Shown one piece after another: positions 30,487 to 37,425 of a stretch of DNA of 37,425 bases; position 1 is the first letter of the stretch; each line of letters starts with the position of its first letter. Made by a program: the position numbers and the translations under genes. The stretch covers positions 1-37,425 of the forward strand of contig BQXS01012457.1 in the NCBI GenBank assembly GCA_024181965.1, given 5' to 3'. This stretch comes from Aduncisulcus paluster (taxonomy: Eukaryota). Under the pieces are notes generated by a model that saw only the letters and a list, made by a program, of their open reading frames with translations, was not told the DNA's origin and did not search any database.

Positions 30487-33294
30487 ATGGGCATCGCTAC
30501 CAAGACCTCAAAACTCATTTTTAAGTATCATTTGATACTTATTATCATTTTTACTGTACTTACAGTTGGTTTAATTCCATTGATCTTTCTATATATTGGT
30601 AATACCAACTTGGATATGTTACCCCCAACTGGAACTCCCGCATATGATGGACATATCATCTCTGAAGAGTATTTTCCCATTCCATTTGATTTCTCTACGC
30701 ATGTTCTTCTTGTTAATGCTCTTGATGGACAAGGAGTTCTGAATGATGATGTTCAAATATTTTTGGATAATGTTTATAATACTCTTCTGGAGAAAATTGG
30801 AGATAACCTTCAGGCATTCGACAATTATTGGACTCTTGATGAGGAAGGAGCAACATTTGTTGCTTCTGGATTGCTATCCGACCCAAACGATCCCAATGCT
30901 TCACAAGCTATGATTACAAACGTTACAATTGGAAATGATGCGATGAGTGCAAAAGATTTCAAATCTCTCGCTGTTTCTATGGCTCCAAATTTCTTGGATA
31001 GTTCTTATTTTGTTGGAACTATTGGGAACAAGGAAATGTGGTCAGCTTCTGGCGATAGTGTGACCCACGATCTCTTAATCCTTGTTGCATTGACTCTTCC
31101 ATTGGCATTTATTGTATTTGGAATCTATTTCAAGTCTCTTCGAATGATTCTCCTTCCTCTTATCACCGTGGTTATGTGTGCATGTCTTGCATTTGCTCTT
31201 TCTTACTTTGTCACATTCTTCATCGATGTTCTTATGTATGCGCCTGGAATCCAAGCTGCCATGATATTTGCTGTGTCTATTGACTACAATATCTTCCTTA
31301 TTCAACGTTTCATGCAAGAACTCCAGAAAGGTTACAGTATTGGACATTCTCTGTGGCAATGTATCACCTTGGCTGGGAAAGTGGTATTTTATTCTGGAAT
31401 TTGTCTGGTCTTAACTTTCCTCATGATGTTCGTCTTTCCTCTTCCTCTTTTCCTTTCGTTGGGTGTTGTAACGGCCTTGAGTATCTGTGTTTGTGTGGTT
31501 GTGACCATATTCCTTGTTCCTTCCATAATTGTGGCATCTCCTTACTTCTTCTCTCGCTTCTCTTGGAGCTCGAAGGCACCTACACCGATTACCGTTGACT
31601 CTGATCCAAAATGGATGAAAAAAGCACTAAAAAAAGTTTCTGAGAGAGAAGCAGCAAGACAGGAGAAAGTCAGGCGCAAAGAACAGGAGAAAAAGGACAA
31701 GAGTGCCGGTGAGACTGTCCCATTGCTAAGCTCTGACAATACTGAGGATCTTTCTAAAAATATCGTTGATGAGAAACATCCAGATGTTAGTCAATCTACT
31801 GTTGAGTCTACAGCTCAAAGCAGTGAAACGCCAGAAAAACAACAGACTGATTCCGAACATTCCGATCAGAAATCCAAGACAGCCACAGAACATGAAGTTG
31901 TTGCTCATGGTCAAGGCGTAGACAAAGAAAGTCTTAAATGGAGAGTTGTTAAGTTTACAACCCAACCATGGTTCTCTCTTCTAATTATTGGTGTGGCTCT
32001 GTTGCTTGCCCTAATCTTTGGCCTTGTATTTATTCCGAAAATGTTCTTAACGTTGGATAACAATTTGGTGATGGACATGTCTGAAAACACTGGACAAACC
32101 TTCTCATACATGACTGATGAGTTCTCTGGAGGATTCGTGTTCCCAACTCTTGTCATGGCAATCGCTGATGATGACAGAGGAGAGTCAATGATGGCCGAGG
32201 ATGTTTGGGATTTGTTGTGGGAGGTTGAGGAAAAGATGGTTGCCATGGCCGCCACTCTCGATGTTTCTGATGTCTTAACATGGGAAGATCTCTCTTCTGC
32301 CGCATCTCTTGGGCCTATTCCCATTTCATTCACTGAAGCTGAAGATTTCCTCAATGAGGATTCCAAGTTATACGACACCTCATTGGCAATCAGTTATCGT
32401 TATAACTTTAGTGAGATGATGACAGATGCACAGGATGGAGCATTGATCATGACTTTGGCCAATTTCCCTCTTGACGGAAGTGGTGCTTGTGAGTTCATGT
32501 ATGGTTTATCAGGAAATGATGGGGTGTTCAACGATCCTGATGTCAAAAGTCGCACAGATGAGATGAAAGTGAAGTTATATGCATACAGTAATTACACAGA
32601 TTGTTGTTCATCGAAGGATGCCATCAACAATGACTTTGTGTGGGTGGCTGCTGTGATTTTGGGCGTGGTTGGTATTGTTACAAGCCTCTTATTCCAATCC
32701 GTTTTGTGTTTCTTGTTCACATTGGTGGCCTTTGGAACAGTTTTAAGCTGTGTATATGGGATATCTGTTATCATTTTCCCCCAAGTTTACTGGATTGTTC
32801 CTGCGTTTGTATTCTCTCTCCAAGTTGGGTTTGTGTGTGATTATTATGTCCTCCAGTTCTCCACCATTAAGGACCTTAGAAGAGCCAAAGTGAAGGATCG
32901 TGACTGTGTAAAGCGTGCATTGTACGATATTGGATCGGTTATCCTTGTTGCTGGTCTCGTTATGGGTGTGTCTTTCACGGGACTTTTATTCTCAAATCTG
33001 GGAATTATGCTTCAATTGGGTACTTATTTGGTGTTGAATGTTTTGTTTGATTGTTTCTTCGCTGCCATTCTGATTGTTCCCTCTTTACTAAATCTGTTTG
33101 GTGCCAGCGTATGGTGGCCCATGAAACTTCCTCCAGCAAAATTCACTGCCCTTCACAATTTCATCGCCGAAGAACTCTTGTCCGAGCCTGATTCAACAAA
33201 TACTTTGACTGTTCCATCATCTCTTGCTAAAATAGTTGGGCTCAAGGAAGACCATGAAAGCTCTTCTTATGGAGACGAGGAAGAGGAAGAATGA
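30487..33294 (+). CDS. MMPL-family (RND superfamily) multi-pass transporter, ~935 aa
   Basis: Two halves each consist of 1 TM, a large loop and 5 TM. Motifs include FAVSIDYNIFLIQRFMQEL, AGKVVFYSG, GFVCDYYVL, GSVILVAGLVM and ILIVPSLL.LFG...WWP, the classic MMPL C-terminal WWP. ATG is at 30487. Confidence 0.88.
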   Translation: MGIATKTSKLIFKYHLILIIIFTVLTVGLIPLIFLYIGNTNLDMLPPTGTPAYDGHIISEEYFPIPFDFSTHVLLVNALDGQGVLNDDVQIFLDNVYNTLLEKIGDNLQAFDNYWTLDEEGATFVASGLLSDPNDPNASQAMITNVTIGNDAMSAKDFKSLAVSMAPNFLDSSYFVGTIGNKEMWSASGDSVTHDLLILVALTLPLAFIVFGIYFKSLRMILLPLITVVMCACLAFALSYFVTFFIDVLMYAPGIQAAMIFAVSIDYNIFLIQRFMQELQKGYSIGHSLWQCITLAGKVVFYSGICLVLTFLMMFVFPLPLFLSLGVVTALSICVCVVVTIFLVPSIIVASPYFFSRFSWSSKAPTPITVDSDPKWMKKALKKVSEREAARQEKVRRKEQEKKDKSAGETVPLLSSDNTEDLSKNIVDEKHPDVSQSTVESTAQSSETPEKQQTDSEHSDQKSKTATEHEVVAHGQGVDKESLKWRVVKFTTQPWFSLLIIGVALLLALIFGLVFIPKMFLTLDNNLVMDMSENTGQTFSYMTDEFSGGFVFPTLVMAIADDDRGESMMAEDVWDLLWEVEEKMVAMAATLDVSDVLTWEDLSSAASLGPIPISFTEAEDFLNEDSKLYDTSLAISYRYNFSEMMTDAQDGALIMTLANFPLDGSGACEFMYGLSGNDGVFNDPDVKSRTDEMKVKLYAYSNYTDCCSSKDAINNDFVWVAAVILGVVGIVTSLLFQSVLCFLFTLVAFGTVLSCVYGISVIIFPQVYWIVPAFVFSLQVGFVCDYYVLQFSTIKDLRRAKVKDRDCVKRALYDIGSVILVAGLVMGVSFTGLLFSNLGIMLQLGTYLVLNVLFDCFFAAILIVPSLLNLFGASVWWPMKLPPAKFTALHNFIAEELLSEPDSTNTLTVPSSLAKIVGLKEDHESSSYGDEEEEE

Positions 33295-33686
33295 ATTTTG
33301 TGTATATGTTGAATATATTGGATAAGCAAAACTGTATTTTGAATCTTTTGTGCAATGTGGTATCGAATATTCTTCTGCACTCTTCATATTGCGGATTATT
33401 TTGAAATAGAGATCTAAATCATGGATATTTATTGAATATCGTTTTTTTTCTTTGTATTGTATTGAAGTTGGACAATTTTTTTTCGATTCACATTTTATTA
33501 TGAATGACATTTATTGAATGTAATGATTCTAATTGGTGATTGTGGGGGGGTTACTTTTCATTTGGACATTGGAAGCCATGTTTTTTTGAATATTTTTGAT
33601 TGTTTACGTTCCTCTTTTTTCTAATTCATTGATAGAATAGCGAAAAACGGTGATTTTTCAATAAAATATTTCACGATTTTTACAAG

Positions 33687-35771
33687 TCAAACAATGTCGA
33701 TGATTTCGTCGGCATCAACGTGCCTTTGAGATCCAGATAAAGAGAATTCATTACTTCCGATCGCAGACCTTCCCAACAATCTTGTGGCTTCATCTTGTTC
33801 GCAGGAAGAGAAAGAAAATGTTGGAATGGATGATGAAGGAATCACAGGAGAATGTCTCTTTTCTTCAGACTGACTCCTTGATGATCCTCCTTCGGTTGTA
33901 GACGGCATTGGACCGGTAGAATTATCGGTTTGGGAAGCAGACAAAGAATTATCTGCGAATCTTCTTCTCCTTCTTGTTCTAACTTCCATTTTAACATGTT
34001 TTGGACAATCTGTCGTGACTTCCTTCCTAAACGATTGTATTTCAGCCTTGAAAGCATCCAATTCTGATATTTTGGAATGCGATATTGATCCAACTTTTTG
34101 TGAGTGAGATCCAGAAATAGACTCGCCATACTGAGAAACTCCGGCACTCGAGAGGCATGGGAGAGAAGAAGGAAGTGAGGAAGAGGAAGAGGAAGAAGAG
34201 GAAGAGGAAGAAGAAGAGGAAGAGGAAGAGGAAGAAGAGGAAAGAGGAGATCCATAAGAAACAGAGTAAGAATCTGTTCCTTTCCCTTTTTTCTTTCTAT
34301 CGCTCAGTGACTTTGTTTTCTTTGTTGAAATGTCAGATGGTGTTATAGAAAGACATTCTTCGCCTATTCCACCACAGGCTCCATCAATTGACAATAATTC
34401 CAAGCCTTTGTCCACACACAATCCAAGAGAAGCCTGGGAAGTTCCTAAAGTGACCCAAACAGGTTCAAAATATTTATAACTGGTATGTCTGGGTCCACAC
34501 AAACCCATATATCCGCCTTCTTCAGGCCTTGTGATGGGAATATGCGAGGTAGGGTGGAGGTCACATTGGGAAAGTTGAATGGCGATAGAATAATCATGAA
34601 TAATACTGCCACAAAAGTTCTCAATCGCAGATGGGCCGTATTTACGAATTATACTCCTTAGAGGGGTGGAATTATGAGCTATTTCTGCGGTGGCAGCACT
34701 CAAAACCAGCATTTGTGCGATTACACCACCTGATGTCTCACCTGGTCTTGTCCACTCAGATACAGGCCTTGAACCTGTCCATAATAATTCAGAGAAGGCT
34801 TCTTTGGCCACTACAGAGGTCACAGAAGATGTCGAAGAACATGGGGAACCAGGAGCATCTCCAGGAGAAATGGGATAGATTGAAAAGGGAAGAATGTTGA
34901 TCTGTTTCTTCGATAATGGGCAAAACACAACATGGTGAAGGAAAGACAATTCAGCCTGTCTAAATTGGGCATAATATTGGTCTGGGATGGTATATTTCCC
35001 TTGTGTTTGAATGATACGAATAAGGTCTTCGGCATCTTCACATGTTCTCATTATGGAAACAACTTTTTTATAGCCAACTTGGGGAATATTGCCAACATAA
35101 TCACATCCAAATAAAATACATGACTGTAGAAACTTCCTGGGAGAAAACCCAAAGAAATCGTCAACTTTCTTCGCAATTTTATCGTATTGACATAGATCTC
35201 CATATCCTTGTTTGTATTTAAACATAACTTGGGGACATCCATACGCTACAAGGTCTGAATCTTCAGTGATCACCAATTCGACATATCTGCTTCGAGCAAG
35301 GTAAGCCAATTGTGCATCGGCTTCATATGGGGCAATAATAACTTCAAATCCGGCTTTAACAAGAGCATCTGCAGTCATTTTGACCATATAACGGGACACG
35401 TGCACAGAACGCTTAAAATATTCATAATAATTTCTCTGTTTCTTTCTATACATTTCAAGACCAATTTTTCTATTTTCTTGGCGCTTTAACTCTCGTTGCT
35501 CATCAGTTTTCCTCTTGGCAGGAAGAGAGCGGCCGTCGAAAACAATGACAGGAATAACGCCAGCAGCTTTCATATCTGACACTTGGTTCAAAACATACTT
35601 TACAAACCGATCAGTTGGTTCTCCGAGACACAATGGTTGGGCACACCCAATCAAAGACTTGTGAAGAAACACAAAACCATCAATCGCAATTTTTTTTCCA
35701 GCAAAACGTTTTAAGGGGATATTACTTGATATTGCAGGTCTTAAATGCGGTAAAAGTCCTTTAATACCCAT
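33687..35771 (-). CDS. EXO1: Exonuclease 1 (XPG/Rad2 family), 694 aa
   Basis: MGIKGLLPHL, KKIAIDGFVFLHK, VFDGRSLPAK..T...R, APYEADAQLAYL, ITEDSDL..YGC, GCDY...IPQVG and FLHHVVFCP are present, followed by a disordered Ser-rich C-terminus. Confidence 0.95.
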   Translation of the reverse strand: MGIKGLLPHLRPAISSNIPLKRFAGKKIAIDGFVFLHKSLIGCAQPLCLGEPTDRFVKYVLNQVSDMKAAGVIPVIVFDGRSLPAKRKTDEQRELKRQENRKIGLEMYRKKQRNYYEYFKRSVHVSRYMVKMTADALVKAGFEVIIAPYEADAQLAYLARSRYVELVITEDSDLVAYGCPQVMFKYKQGYGDLCQYDKIAKKVDDFFGFSPRKFLQSCILFGCDYVGNIPQVGYKKVVSIMRTCEDAEDLIRIIQTQGKYTIPDQYYAQFRQAELSFLHHVVFCPLSKKQINILPFSIYPISPGDAPGSPCSSTSSVTSVVAKEAFSELLWTGSRPVSEWTRPGETSGGVIAQMLVLSAATAEIAHNSTPLRSIIRKYGPSAIENFCGSIIHDYSIAIQLSQCDLHPTSHIPITRPEEGGYMGLCGPRHTSYKYFEPVWVTLGTSQASLGLCVDKGLELLSIDGACGGIGEECLSITPSDISTKKTKSLSDRKKKGKGTDSYSVSYGSPLSSSSSSSSSSSSSSSSSSSSSSLPSSLPCLSSAGVSQYGESISGSHSQKVGSISHSKISELDAFKAEIQSFRKEVTTDCPKHVKMEVRTRRRRRFADNSLSASQTDNSTGPMPSTTEGGSSRSQSEEKRHSPVIPSSSIPTFSFSSCEQDEATRLLGRSAIGSNEFSLSGSQRHVDADEIIDIV

Positions 35772-36081
35772 ATTTTAAATGATTCCGAATACAGGAAAAG
35801 GCGGAAAAGAGCATGAAAAACGTTAATCTGGATTAAAATATTGTCTTGCTAATAATAAACCAGAAAAAATTGTATTTTACCAATTTGACGAATAAATAGA
35901 ATAATATTTTAAGGAATAGTAAATTGAGTAGGCAGATGTGAAACCCCATTTTCCAGCCAACCAGATTTCAATAATTTAGACATTAGAGATCATATCAAAG
36001 AGTCAAAATGATAACAACTGATTAATTTATAACATAAAAATTTACTTAAACATATCCAACCTATGTAAAAAGTGAGATCAG

Positions 36082-37392
36082 CTATTCACTTCGACTAATA
36101 CTTTCACAAACCCGAACGATCCGTTCCTCGTATTCACTTCTCTCCCGTGAAGGTTGGTATAGACACAGATAAGCTCTTAAAGCAAAATCTAAGAAATTAA
36201 ACGCAGTATCTGATAATTCATTCACATCGAATTCTTCCGACACTTTGATCTCACGATCTTGACAAAATGCCAAATATGCCTTTTCTACTTCCGACATTCT
36301 TTCGATTTTCTCTTTCACGTCGAAGAAATTCTTTGTCAATTCACTTTCAACAATTGATGTTCTTGGCCTCAAAAACCCACCAGATTCGAGCATATTGTAG
36401 GCATTAATAAGTATTTTAGTTGGAAGAATTGGCATTGACGAGGGTTCTGAGAAAGTTCCAGCTGTAGCTTCCTCTTCTTTTGTTGAAGATGGTAATCTGC
36501 CAACAGTGTCAGATTCCCCACTAGCCCTTGGTTGAACTTTAGCTTCTATTTCTTCTTCGTCCTTTGTTGGTTGCTCTTCTCTAAAAATACGTCTTTCTTC
36601 TTCTTCTTTGGCATCCATTTCTTCCATTTGAGTCCACCAAGTCTCAGGAATTGAAATACGATCAAATTTATCCGGATCTTCCATCAAAAGAGCCCTTCCT
36701 TTCCGAGCATTGACATGTGATAAACGATTGAGAAGGAAAGCATTTTCACGTGGAAGATAACCAAACGATTCAATCCAACGAGATAGAACATAGGATTGCT
36801 CTTCTTTGGCACATTGGTGACATGCATGGGTCTCTGGATTAAAAATACAAGCATTATGGTAGACCAATAATATATCAAAAAGGACTTGTGATGGATGGGC
36901 ATACAAATCTGAATCTAGATGGTGACGAATGGTGGAATAATCCATCGGATGCTTAACATAATCGAAATACTTCGGGCAACCCATCTTTTCAGGATTTACA
37001 GGATTGCTAAACCAAGTGGCTCCCTTTTTGCGTTTTGTAACTGAATTAAAAATACTATTAACAATATCCCACACTGGGTCACTTTTGTCGATGGTTGGAA
37101 TACCTGTTGGATAAAGCCCATCTTGAATACAACGGGTTTGAAGGGTCTTTTCTCGCTCACGACGGATTTTATCAGGATATTCAATAAAGGGGAGTCCTCC
37201 CGGCACACATGATGTTTCGACCAGATCAGGTTTAGTAATTATTTCAGCAGAGGTAGGTGTTTTATCGTCTAGGCTCTCCAATATCTTGTCAATATAATTA
37301 ATACAAGCATGTACACCTTTTATCTTTCTCTCCACCTTAAATACTGATGCTAAAAAATCAGAGGGGCGTGGTTCACGTTGTTTTTTAACCAT
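36082..37392 (-). CDS. Single-bromodomain protein, 436 aa
   Basis: ATWFSNPVNPEKMGCPKYFDYVKHPMDYSTI...Y......DILLVYHNACIFNP, with the acetyl-lysine-binding Asn retained. Confidence 0.92.
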   Translation of the reverse strand: MVKKQREPRPSDFLASVFKVERKIKGVHACINYIDKILESLDDKTPTSAEIITKPDLVETSCVPGGLPFIEYPDKIRREREKTLQTRCIQDGLYPTGIPTIDKSDPVWDIVNSIFNSVTKRKKGATWFSNPVNPEKMGCPKYFDYVKHPMDYSTIRHHLDSDLYAHPSQVLFDILLVYHNACIFNPETHACHQCAKEEQSYVLSRWIESFGYLPRENAFLLNRLSHVNARKGRALLMEDPDKFDRISIPETWWTQMEEMDAKEEEERRIFREEQPTKDEEEIEAKVQPRASGESDTVGRLPSSTKEEEATAGTFSEPSSMPILPTKILINAYNMLESGGFLRPRTSIVESELTKNFFDVKEKIERMSEVEKAYLAFCQDREIKVSEEFDVNELSDTAFNFLDFALRAYLCLYQPSRERSEYEERIVRVCESISRSE

Positions 37393-37425
37393 ATGTTGCC
37401 AAAAGGCAATGTTGAACGCAAAATT

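Noticed and set aside
1948-37208. Numerous 60-155 aa ORFs overlapping the long genes on the opposite strand or in shifted frames
   Set aside because: They are shadow ORFs of real CDSs, and they recur only because the underlying modules are repeated.

Overview
AT-rich, gene-dense, intron-poor eukaryotic scaffold read in the standard code, with GT-AG spliceosomal introns. The gene style suggests a free-living fornicate/metamonad protist such as Aduncisulcus; this is inference, not a database result. From left to right the window holds: the 3' end of a divergent beta-tubulin; a ~9 kb minus-strand gene that the ORF track splits into 5-6 pieces but that splices in frame into one ~2,600-aa protein with 11 tandem ~150-200-aa modules and a C-terminal protein kinase; an alpha2delta/CACHD1-like VWA-Cache membrane protein; two small hypothetical ORFs (one Apc13-like); an EF-hand-like protein; Arp8; a second kinase of the same family frameshifted from a coiled-coil/helical domain; Dcp2; NAXD; a bacterial-type MMPL transporter; Exo1; and a bromodomain protein. 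The main finding is the modular kinase gene. It carries four complete, near-identical 146-nt phase-0 introns, and four near-identical copies of one module that each end in a different ~20-aa segment switching at or just after a fixed GKG motif. It also shows chimeric modules and gene-conversion-like tracts. This looks like a recombination- and possibly splicing-diversified intracellular sensor-kinase system. Five 20-N gaps are flanked by ~230-290 bp duplicated sequence and are most likely assembly overlaps.
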